Source of the DNA: Amphiscolops sp. MND2022
Lineage: Eukaryota
Direction: 5' to 3'
Length of the DNA: 64,000 bases
Assembly (NCBI GenBank): GCA_964187785.1
Contig: OZ076409.1
Coordinates: 31,684,001 to 31,748,000 of the forward strand
Positions 13,100-25,074 of the stretch are shown here, piece by piece. A program made the position numbers and the translations under genes. The notes under the pieces are model-generated. The model saw nothing but the letters and a program-made list of their open reading frames with translations, was not told the DNA's origin and searched no databases. Position 1 is the stretch's first letter, and each line of letters opens with the position of its first letter.

Positions 13100-13599
13100 C
13101 TTAGGTGACCTAATTTTGATCACTCATGAAGAGTATATTTCTCTTAAAGACAAGAGAAAACACCGGACGCAAGTGAGAAACAAAAACAGCAATTACTCTT
13201 AATGTTTGAAGCTACTGAAACTAAAGTTGAACACGTTGAAGAAGAACACTTCAAAACCTTCAATACTGCAGGAGAATTGCCCAAAGATTCTTTAGTCGCT
13301 CAATTGAACTTGAACTCGAGGACTTGGGCAGTTTGAACAACACAGAGACGAAACAATCTTTCAAAAACTTATCTGATCAAGTCTTGTCAAATCTATTAGA
13401 ACCTGGCGTAACAGGAGGGAAAAGTGAAAGATCGAGACAAATTTTGAAAAAGATTGAAGATTGCGATCGAACTACGATAGACGAAACAAAATCAAACGTC
13501 AAAAACGTAAAAACATTTGAAAAACCGACGTAATCTTTGATTGCCAATCACAGCAGCGTCTTGACGAAACTGAATCACCTGACCAACTAGCTTCAGGTA

Positions 13600-13923
13600 C
13601 TGCCAATGTTGTGAAACAAATCGGACAGTGGTCCGTCGATTTGTATGCAGGTAGTCACACACTGTTTCTCTATTGTGATCTTGTACAAAATGAGACGCTG
13701 GGCGACAGGCAGACGGCACTGTTGAGATCCAATCCCCTGAAGAGTATGACTCTGGCGCACACTATGGGCGAGGTGAACAAATTAACAGTGGAAGCGGATT
13801 GTCAAACCCCATTTCCAGTCCATCAATCTAACTCTTGCCAATGAAATAAGCCGAAAGATGCCTTTTTTGAGCTGCGGTCGCACCAACATTACTTTGGCTT
13901 TCCGACCAGCACCGCGTAATTGA
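13600..13923 (+). pseudogene. P1 minor capsid (penton-like) protein, C-terminal fragment
   Basis: VDLYAGSHTLFLYCDLVQNETLGDRQTALLR motif typical of Polinton minor capsid proteins; N-terminal part and upstream integrase are missing. Confidence 0.75.
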
Positions 13924-13987
13924 ACAACATCATTGTTCAATTTTTGGAAGGTTCAGTTGGTCAGTTTGAAAATTGTACACTTTCACA

Positions 13988-14420
13988 ATGGATGCTCATT
14001 ACGATTCACAAATCAAATCAGGCGCTCACACCAATTACAGTGGACCAGACAGATGGGATCTGGAGGTGGAATCGAAGCATTTGCCGTTCGTATGGGTCGT
14101 GTAGCCATTCCCTTAGTAAGAAAATATGTTTTGCCAGTAGCGAGACAGATTGGCAGAAACTTGCTTGAGACTGCCATCCCCGAAATTGGAGATATTTTGG
14201 CAGAAGCCCAATCGAAAACTTTTATCAAGTGCCGCGAAAAATACTGCTGCAAAAACAATGAGTAACAATATACCGACAGGAGTAGCCCTTCGCCCGGGCG
14301 GCGGCGACGACGGGCGGAACACGGGGTGGTGCGACGGAAGGCGAATGACAGCGGCGTACGGCAATTGGCAGGATTGGCCAAAAGAAAAGGGAACAGTTCG
14401 ACAAGCAATTCGAGAAAAAC
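13988..14420 (+). pseudogene. P1 basic core-protein-like ORF (pVII-like)
   Basis: RQMGSGGGIEAFAVRMGRVAIPLVRKYVLPVARQIG followed by an Arg/Lys-rich tail. Same position in P3 (RQRGSGIGALAAG) and P4 (RQRGSGIGPLALG). Confidence 0.7.
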
Positions 14421-14439
14421 AGCAGCCAAAAAAAACCGG

Positions 14440-15600
14440 TCCCACATTTTGTCTGAAAAACCTTATTGACTTGAATCGCATTGTACTGTGTGTTGCAGTA
14501 GCACTTTACCATGAAGATGGAAAGACAAGAGCGAAACCTGGTGATTATGAAGATGTTTTCACCAACAACACACTTCAGCATCTTTTCTCACATGCGGAAA
14601 TATACCTGAATGAAAAATTGATTTCTCACAGCAATAATTATTACTTGCATTCAGCTTTCGTAGAGACTGAACTTTCAACTGACACGGAAAGCAAAAACAC
14701 ATGGGCCGATTACCAAGGATACAACTATTGCCCAAGTTGACTGGAAAAGATCGACTGTTTAACAAGCTCGCTGTCAGCTTTGTAGAAAAAAGGAATGCAA
14801 AATTCAACTCTGCGGTGCTCTCCACATTGACATTTTGGACTGTGAGAAATTTTTACTTCCAAATGTAACTCTACACGTGCGTCTGTATCGATCACCCAGC
14901 AACATTCTTCTCCATCTAAAAGGCACTGATGAGGAAGGAGGCCAAAACCTTGGACGGTAAAAAAGACGGACCTTGTTGAAAAAGCCTCTCTCTTTGTTCG
15001 GAAAGTGGTCGTGACTGACAGCGTGAAATTGTCAATCGAGAGGGCTTTACTGAAAAGTGACGCGGTCTATCCCTACATTGAGAGTTTAAACAAAAGTTTC
15101 ATCATTTAAGCTGGACAAAAGTGTTTCATAAAGAATAATAATTTTGGCATAGAGCCCTTTCGGCGTCTAACATTAATTATGGTAAACAATTCTCTGTTCC
15201 GGAGTACGCCTTTCAATGAAACACCATTCTCCTATCAAAAGGTCAACTTGCAGCTGGTAGAAATTCAGCGAGGCAACGGGGTACCGCTAGCGGGAACTCC
15301 CCTAGACACAACAAACATTGTGAGGTCATATTACAATACCATAACAGCACTCGGCTTCAAGGAAAAAAGCAACGGAATCAAGCTAGAAGATTACGAAGAC
15401 AATCACTTTTTCTTGTCTTTGATTTGACTTCAACAGAGGAGGCCAGAAAAAATTTCACACTTTTTTCTGGATTTACCGGCTCCAGCCTAACCTTAAAGTT
15501 GTATTTTGAAAAGGCTCTCAACGATGCTATCGAGTTATTTTTAATTGGTGAGCGGTTCAGTCAAGATACTGTAGATTCGGCAAGAAACATAAAGAAACAG
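14440..15600 (+). pseudogene. P1 major capsid protein (double jelly-roll type)
   Basis: FTNNTLQHLFSHAEIYLNEKLISHSNNYYLHSAFVETEL...PFSYQK...YYNTITALGF...FDLTS; several frameshifts, N-terminus deleted. Confidence 0.88.
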
Positions 15601-18600
15601 ACGTTACGAAGGTTAGTGCGACTCTGCAACACATGATTCTTCAAATTTTCTACTTGGCCGTAGCCTTTGTAGGAATCTGGTCTGCAGACAATTTCCGCAA
15701 GCAACCAGTAACTACTCAAATGCCCACAAACTTTCCTGCGTTTGGTTTCAAATTGTAAACGCTTCCCCCGAAAAATCAGATGGATCGCACTGGTTGCTTC
15801 TCGGCGCTACTATTGAGCAGGAACAAAAGCAATATTTTTGTCTGGGACTGTTTGGGTCAACCAGATTCTCTCTACACAACTTTTTTAAATCACTTGAATC
15901 AATTATATGGAAAAACTGGATTTCGGCAAATTTCACTCACACTACAAAATGCCAGCTCCAATATGTATGTGTGGCCTCTATTGTCTCTTTTTGATTCACT
16001 ACATAGCAAAAAAGCACCACAAAATGTCAACTCCATGGAAAATTTAAATTATATAGTGAAGATGAAATTATTCGTTTCATGAATGATAAATACAAAACAC
16101 TATTTCGATATACTATCTTTTGAATGCAAATAAACTTTCTGAGTAAATCTTTTTATACACGATACTTCGATCTGATCAGAATATGCGTCATCTTCAACTA
16201 AGGTTGAACAAAAACATTCAACTCAATCATCAAAAGAGTCATTGCTATCACTGTAGGACACAAGACCACGTGTTGAACGTATTTTTTGCTAGTACGTTTA
16301 GCAACATCACTGTCATCGCTAGCTTCCAGACCTTCGTCATCAATGTACGGACGTTTCGGGAGATTTGGTTGATTCCTATCTTGATTGGAAACAATTTCAT
16401 CATATTCGTTCCAATCTATGCAATATTGCTCATCTTCAGTTTCTGTTTGTGCTTGCTGGTAAGAACCAGAATCAGGAGGACCTGAAGCAAACTCGTAGTC
16501 AAAAATGAAATGTGATTTTTTTAAACTTTTTGATTAAAAAGTGCTATTAGCTGAATGGGCTGGATTCCAAAAGTGGCAGCAGAATTGGTGTTTGGTTGCG
16601 TTTGTTATATGACTCGGCACGTGGTGAAGGAGAAGCCGAAGCGGACGAGTCACTTTTGTCTTCATCAGAATCACTCGAGGACAATGAAACGGGCGAACAG
16701 GGAGCTCCTTGTACATTGTCTGATTCCATTGAATCCCAAAGTGCTGAAATCAAAACGATCAAAATTTTTCAATTCCAAAAAGAAAGTAACCTTTCGATGT
16801 CAGACTAACCAAGTTTGTTGTTTCATAAAGGTGAATATTTTTGGCATAGAGCCCTTTCGGCGTCTAACATTAATTATGGTAAACAATTCTCTGTTCCGGA
16901 GTAAGCCTTTCAATGAAACACCATTCTCCTATCAAAAGGTCTACTTGCAGCTGATAGAAATTCAGCGAGGCAACGGGGTACCGCTGGCGGGAACTCCCCT
17001 AGACACAACAAACATTGTGAGGTCATATTACAATACCATAACAGCACTTGGCTTCAAGGAAAAAAGCAACGGAATCAAGCTAGAAGATTACGAAGACAAT
17101 CACTTTTTCTTGTCTTTGATTTGACTTCAACAGAGGAGGCCAGCAAAAATTTCACACTTCTTTCCGGATGTACCGGCTCCAGCCTAACCTTAAAGTTGTA
17201 TTTTGAAAAGGCTCTCGGCGATGCTATCGAGTTATTTTTAATTGGTGAGCGGTTCAGTCAAGATACTGTAGATTCGGCAAGAAACATAAAGAAACAGACG
17301 TTACGAAGGATAGTGCGACTCTGCAACACATGATTCTTCAAATTTTCTACTTGGCCGTAGCCTTTGTAGGAATCTGGTCTGCAGACAATTTCAGCAAGCA
17401 ACCAGTACCTACTCAAATGCCCACAAACTTTCCTGCGTTTGGTATCAAATTGTGAACACTTCCCCCGAAAAATCACATGGATCGCACTGGTTGCTTCTCG
17501 GCGCTACTATTGAGCAGGAACAAAAGCAATATTTTCGTCTGGGACTGTTTGGGTCAACCAGTTTCTCTCTACACAACTTTTTTAAATCACTTGAATCAAT
17601 TATATGGAAAAACTGGATTTCGGCAAATTTCACTGACACTACAAAATGCCAGCTCCAATATGTATGTGTGGCCTCTATTGTCTCTTTTTGATTCACTACA
17701 TAGCAAAAAAGCACCACAAAATGTCAACTCCATGGAAAATTTAAATTATATAGTGAAGATGAAATTATTCGTTTCATGAATGATAAATACAAAACACTAT
17801 TTCGATATACTATCTTTTGAATGCAAATAAACTTTCTGAGTAAATCTTTTTATACACGATACTTCGATCTGATCAGAATATGCGTCATCTTCAACTAAGG
17901 TTGAACAAAAACATTCAACTCAATCATCAAAAGAGTCTTTGCTATCACTGTAGGACACAAGACCACGTGTTGAACGTATTTTTTGCTAGTACGTTTAGCA
18001 ACATCACTGTCATCGCTAGATTCCAGACCTTCGTCATCAATGTACGGACGTTTCGGGAGATTTGGTTGATTCCTATCTTGATTGGAAACAATTTCATCAT
18101 ATTCGTTCCAATCTATGCAATATTGCTCATCTTCAGTTTCTGTTTGTGCTTGCTGGTAAGAACCAGGATCAGGAGGACCTGAAGCAAACTCGTAGTCAAA
18201 AATGAAATGGGATTTTTTTAAAACTTTTTGATAAAAAAGTGCTATTACTGAATGGGCTGGATTCCAAAAGTGGCAGTAGAATTGGTGTTTGGTTGCGTTT
18301 GTTATATGACTCGGCACGTGGTGAAGGAGAAGCCGAAGCGGACGAGTCACTTTTGTCTTCATCAGAATCACTCGAGGACAATGAAACGGGCGAACAGGGA
18401 GCTCCTTGTACATTGTCTGATTCCATTGAATCCCAAAGTGCTGAAATCAAAACGATCAAAATTTTTCAATTCCAAAAAGAAAGTAATCTTTCGATGTCAG
18501 ACTAACCAAGTTTGTTGTTTCATAAGGTGAATTTTTTGGCATAGAGCCCTTTTGGCGTCTAACATTAATTATGGTAAACAATTCTCTGTTCCGGAGTACG

Positions 18601-21600
18601 CCTTTCAATGAAACACCATTCTCCTATCAAAAGGTCAACTTGCAGCTGGTAGAAATTGAGCGAGGCAACGGGGTACCGCTAACGGGAACTCCCCTAGACA
18701 CAACAAACAATGTGAGGTCATATTACAATACCATAACAGCACTCGGCTTCAAGGAAAAAAGCAGCGGAATCAAGCTAGAAGATTACGAAGACAATCACTT
18801 TTTCTTGTCTTTGATTTGACTTCAACAGAGGAGGCCAGCAAAAATTTCACACTTTTTTCTGGATTTACCGGCTCCAGCCTAACCTTAAAGTTGTATTTTG
18901 AAAAGGCTCTCGACGATGCTATCGAGTTATTTTTAATTGGTGAGCGGTTCAGTCAAGATACTGTAGATTCGGCAAGAAACATAAAGAGACGTTACGAAGG
19001 TTAGTGCGACTCTGCAACACATGATTCTTCAAATTTTCTACTTGGCCGTAGCCTTTGTAGGAATCTGGTCTGCAGACAATTTCAGCAAGCAACCAGTAAC
19101 TACTCAAATGCCCACAAACTTTCCTGTGTTTGGTTTCAAATTGTGAACGCTTCCGCCGAAAAATCACATGGATCGCACTGGTTGCTTCTCGGCGCTACTA
19201 TTGAGCAGGAACAAAAGCAATATTTTCGTCTGGGACTGTTTGGGTCAACCAGTTTCTCTCTACACAACTTTTTTAAATCACTTGAATTAATTATATGGAA
19301 AAACTGGATTCCGGCAAATTTCACTCACACTACAAAATGCCAGCTCCAATATGTATGTGTGGCCTCTATTGTCTCTTTTTGATTCACTACATAGCAAAAA
19401 AGCACCACAAAATGTCAACTCCATGGAAAATTTAAATTATATAGTGAAGATGAAATTATTCGTTCCATGAATGATAAATACAAAACACTATTTCGATATA
19501 CTATCTTTTGAATGCAAATAAACTTTCTGAGTAAATCTTTTTATACACGATACTTCGATCTGATCAGAATATGCGTCATCTTCAACTAAGGTTGAACAAA
19601 ATCATTCAACTCAATCATCAAAAGAGTCTTTGCTATCACTGTAGGACACAAGACCACGTGTTGAACGTATTTTTTGCTAGTACGTTTAGCAACATCACTG
19701 TCATCGCTAGCTTCCAGACCTTCGTCATCAATGTACGGACGTTTCGGGAGATTTGGTTGATTCCTAACTTGATTGGAAACAATTTCATCATATTCGTTCC
19801 AATCTATGCAATATTGCTCATCTTCAGTTTCTGTTTGTGCTTGCTGGTAAGAACCAGGATCTGGAGGACCTGAAGCAAACTCGTAGTCAAAAATGAAATG
19901 GGATTTTTTTAAAACTTTTTGATTAAAAAGTGCTATTACTGAATGGGCTGGACTCCAAAAGTGGCAGTAGAATTGGTGTTTGGTTGCGTTTGTTATATGA
20001 CTCGGCACGTGGTAAAGGAGAAACCGAAGCGGACGAGTCACTTTTGTCTTCATCAGAATCACTCGAGGACAATGAAACGGGCGAACAGGGAGCTCCTTGT
20101 ACATTGTCTGATTCCATTGAATCCCAAAGTGCTGAAATCAAAACGATCAAAATAATTTTTTCAATTCCAAAAAGTAATCTTTCGATGTCAGACTAACCAA
20201 GTTTGTTGTTTCATAAAGGAGAATATTTTTGGCATAGAGCCCTTTCGGCGTCTAACATTAATTATGGTAAACAATTCTCTGTTCCGGAGTAAGCCTTTCA
20301 ATGAAACACCATTCTCCTATCAAAAGGTCAACTTGCAGCTGGTAGAAATTCAGCGAGGCAACGGGGTACCGCTAGCGGGAACTCCCCTAGACACAACAAA
20401 CATTGTGAGGTCATATTACAATACCATAACAGCACTCGGCTTCAAGGAAAAAAGCAGCGGAATCAAGCTAGAAGATTACGAAGACAATCACTTTTTCTTG
20501 TCTTTGATTTGACTTCAACAGAGGAGGCCAGAAAAAATTTCACACTTTTTTCTGGATTTACCGGCTCCAGCCTAACCTTAAAGTTGTATTTTGAAAAGGC
20601 TCTCAACGATGCTATCGAGTTATTTTTAATTGGTGAGCGGTTCAGTCAAGATACTGTAGATTCGGCAAGAAACATAAAGAAACAGACGTTACGAAGGTTA
20701 GTGCGACTCTGCAACACATGATTCTTCAAATTTTCTACTTGGCCGTAGCCTTTGTAGGAATCTGGTCTGCAGACAATTTCCGCAAGCAACCAGTAACTAC
20801 TCAAATGCCCACAAACTTTCCTGCGTTTGGTTTCAAATTGTAAACACTTCCCCCGAAAAATCACATGGATCGCACTGGTTGCTTCTCGGCGCTACTATTG
20901 AGAAGGAACAAAAGCAATATTTTTGTCTGGGACTGTTTGGGTCAACCAGTTTCTCTCTACACAACTTTTTTAAATCACTTGAATCAATTATATGGAAAAA
21001 CTGGATTTCAGCAAATTTCACTCACACTACAAAATGCCAGCTCCAATATGTATGTGTGGCCTCTATTGTCTCTTTTTGATTCACTACATAGCAAAAAGCA
21101 CCACAAAATGTCAACTCCATGGAAAATTTAAATTATATAGTGAAGATGAAATTATTCGTTTCATGAATGATAAATACAAAACACTATTTCGATATACTAT
21201 CTTTTGAATGCAAATAAATTTTCTGAGTAAATCTTTTTATACACGATACTTCGATCTGATCAGAATATGCGTCATCTTCAACTAAGGTTGAACAGAAACA
21301 TTCAACTCAATCATCAAAAGAGTCTTTGCTATCACTGTAGGACACAAGACCACGTCTTGAACGTATTTTTTGCTAGTACGTTTAGCAACATCACTGTCAT
21401 CGCTAGCTTCCAGAGCTTCGCCATCAAAGTACGGACGCTTCGGGAGATTTGGTTGATTCCTCTCTTGATTGGAAACAATTTCATCATACTCGTTCCAATC
21501 TATGCAATATTGCTCATCTTCAGTTTCTGTGTGTGCTTGCTGGTAAGAACCAGAATCAGGAGGACCTGAAGCAAACTCGTTGTCAAAAATGAAATAGGAA

Positions 21601-24600
21601 TTTTTTAACTTTTTGATTAAACAGTGCTACTACTGAATGGACTGGATTCCAAAAGTGGCAGTAGAATTGGTGTTTGGTTGCGTTTGTTATATGACTCGGC
21701 ACGTGGTAAAGGAGAAACCGAAGCGGACGAGTCACTTTTGTCTTCATCAGAATCACTCGAGGACAATGAAACGGGCGAACAGGGAGCTCCTTGTACATTG
21801 TCTGATTCCATTGAATCCCAAAGTGCTGAAATCAAAACGATCAAAATAATTTTTTCAATTCCAAAAAGAAAGTAATCTTTCGATGTCAGACTAACCAAGT
21901 TTGTTGTTTCATAAAGGAGAATATTTTTGGCATAGAGCCCTTTCGGCGTCTAACATTAATTATGGTAAACAATTCTCTGTTCCGGAGTAAGCCTTTCAAT
22001 GAAACACCATTCTCCTATCAAAAGGTCAACTTGCAGCTGGTAGAAATTCAGCGAGGCAACGGGGTACCGCTAGCGGGAACTCCCCTAGACACAACAAACA
22101 TTGTGAGGTCATATTACAATACCATAACAGCACTCGGCTTCAGGGAAAAAAGCAACGAAATCAAGCTAGAAGATTACGAAGACAATCACTTTTTCTTGTC
22201 TTTGATTTGACTTCAACAGAGGAGGCCAGCGAAAATTTCACACTTTTTTCCGGATTTACCGGCTCCAGCCTAACCTTAAAGTTGTATTTTGAAAAGGCTC
22301 TCGACGATGCTATCGAGTTATTTTTAATTGGTGAGCGGTTCAGTCAAGATACTGTAGATTCGGCAAGAAACAAAGAAACAGACGTTACGAAGGATAGTGC
22401 GACTCTGCAACACATGATTCTTCAAATTTTCTTGGCCGTAGCCTTTGTAGAAATCTGGTCTGCAGACAATTTCAGCAAGCAACCAGTAACTACTCAAATG
22501 CCCACAAACGTTCCTGCGTTTGGTTTCAAATTGTAAACACTTCCCCCGAAAAATCACATGGATCGCACTGGTTGCTTCTGGGCGCTACTATTGAGCAGGA
22601 ACAAAAGCAATATTTTCGTCTGGGACTGTTTGGGTCAACCAGTTTCTCTCTACACAACTTTTTTTAAATCACTTGAATCATTTTGAATGCAAATAAACTT
22701 TCTGAGTAAATCTTTTTATACACGATACTTCGATCTGATCAGAATATGCGTCATCTTCAACTAAGGTTGAACAAAAACATTCAACTCAATCATCAAAAGA
22801 GTCTTTGCTATCACTGTAGGACACAAGACCACGTGTTGAACGTATTTTTTGCTAGTACGTTTAGCAACATCACTGTCATCGCTAGCTTCCAGAGCTTCGC
22901 CATCAATGTACGGACGCTTCGGCAGATTTGGTTTATTCCTCTCTTGATTGGAAACAATTTCATCATACTCGTTCCAATCTATGCAATATTGCTCATCTTC
23001 AGTTTCTGTTTGTGCTTGCTGGTAAGAACCAGAATCAGGAGGACCTGAAGCAAACTCGTAGTCAAAAATGAAATAGGAATTTTTTTAACTTTTTGATTAA
23101 ACAGTGCTACTACTGAATGGACTGGATTCCAAAAGTGGCAGTAGAATTGGTGTTTGGTTGCGTTTGTTATATGACTCGGCACGTGGTAAAGGAGAAGCAG
23201 AAGCGGACGAGTCACTTTTGTCTTCATCAGAATCACTCGAGGACAATGAAACGGGCGAACAGGGAGCTCCTTGTACATTGTCTGATTCCATTGAATCCCA
23301 AAGTGCTGAAATCAAAACGATCAAAATAATTTTTTCAATTCCAAAAAGAAAGTAATCTGTCGATGTCAGACTAACCAAGTTTGTTGTTTCATAAAGGAGA
23401 TTATTTTCGGCGTCTAACATTAATTATGGTAAACAATTCTCTGTTCCGGAGTACGCCTTTCAATGAAACATTATTCTCCTATCAAAAGGTCAACTTGCAG
23501 CTGGTAGAAATTCAGCGAGGCAACAGGGTACCGCTAGCGGGAACTCCCTTAGACACAGCAAACAATGTGAGGTCATATTACAATACCATAACAGCACTCG
23601 GCTTCAAGGTAAAAAGCAACGGAATCAAGCTAGAAGATTACGAAGACAATCACTTTTTCTTGTCTTTGATTTGACTTCAACAGAGGAGGCCAGCAAAAAT
23701 TTCACACTTCTTTCCGGATGTACCGGCTCCAGCCTAACCTTAAAGTTGTATTTTGAAAAGGCTCTCGACGATGCTATCGAGTTAGTTTTAATTGGTGAGC
23801 GGTTCAGTCAAAATACTGTAGATTCGACAAGAAACAAAGAAACAGACGTTACGAAGGACAGTGCGACTCTGCAACACATGATTCTTCAAATTTTCTACTT
23901 GGCCGTAGCCTTTGTTGAAATCTGGTCTGCAGACAATTTCAGCAAGCAACCAGTAACTACTCAAATGCCCACAAACTTTCCTGCGTTTGGTTTCAAATTG
24001 TAAACACTTCCTCCGAAAAATCACATGGATCGCACTGGTTGCTTCTCGGCGCTACTATTGAGCAGGAACAAAAGCAATATTTTTGTCTGGGACTGTTTGG
24101 GTCAACCAGTTTCTCTCTACACAACTTTTTTAAATCACTTGAATCAATTATATGGAAAAACTGGATTTCAGCAAATTTCACTCACACTACAAAATGCCAG
24201 CTCCAATATGTATGTGTGGCCTCTATTGTCTCTTTTTGATTCACTACATAGCAAAAAAGCACCACAAAATGTCAACTCCATGGAAAGTTTAAATCATATA
24301 GTGAAGATGAAATTATTCGTTTCATGAATGATAAATACAAAACACTATTTCGATATTACTATCTTTTGAATGCAAATAAACTTTCTGAGTAAATCTTTTT
24401 ATACACGATACTTCGATCTGATCAGAATATGCGTCATCTTCAACTAAGGTTGAACAAAAACATTCAACTCAATCATCAAAAGGGTCTTTGCTATCACTGT
24501 AGGACACAAGACCACGTGTTGAACGTATTTTTTGCTAGTACGTTTAGCAACATCACTGTCATCGCTAGCTTCCAGAGCTTCGCCATTAATGTACGGACGT

Positions 24601-25072
24601 TTCGGGAGATTTAGTTGATTCCTCTCTTGATTGGAAACAATTTCATCATACTCGTTCCAATCTATGCAATATTGCTCATCTTCAGTTTCTGTTTGTGCTT
24701 GCTGGTAAGAACCAGAATCAGGAGGACCTGAAGCAAACTCGTAGTCAAAAATGAAATGTGAATTTTTTTAAACTTTTTGATTAAAAAGTGCTATTACTGA
24801 ATGGGCTGGATTCCAAAAGTGGCAGTAGAATTGGTGTTTGGTTGCGTTTGTTATATGACTCGGCACGTGGTGAAGGAGAAGCCGAAGCGGACGAGTCACT
24901 TTTGTCTTCATCAGAATCACTCGAGGACAATGAAACGGGCGAACAGGGAGCTCCTTGTACATTGTCTGATTCCATTGAATCCCAAAGTGCTGAAATCAAA
25001 ACGATCAAAATAATTTTTTCAATTCCAAAAAGAAAGTAATCTTTCGATGTCAGTCTAACCAAGTTTGTTGTT
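15122..25072. repeat. Six-copy tandem array, unit about 1697 bp (MCP 3' half + protease + convergent acidic ORF + PolB tail region)
   Basis: The MVNNSLF ORF ends at 15427, 17124, 18819, 20512, 22210 and 23674. Copy 5 has a ~220-bp deletion at about 22680. Junction microhomology TGTT. Confidence 0.97.
15595..16123 (+). pseudogene. P1 adenain-like cysteine protease (copy 1 of 6)
   Basis: FVGIWSADNF...IVN...GSHWLLL (catalytic His), WDCLG, LQNASSN-MCGLYCL (catalytic Cys). A 4-nt TATG duplication puts the Cys out of frame. Confidence 0.88.
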
Positions 25073-25074
25073 CT

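Noticed and set aside
16183..16808. + strand ORFs MRHLQLRL..., MGWIPKV... and MRLLYDS... repeated in each unit
   Set aside because: Probably shadow frames opposite the acidic minus-strand ORFs; no recognisable motifs, and repeated only because of the array.
15122..25072. Array as a pure assembly artefact or as functional protease amplification
   Set aside because: Copies carry many private and shared substitutions and a private deletion, which argues for real copies; shared frameshifts rule out functional proteins.
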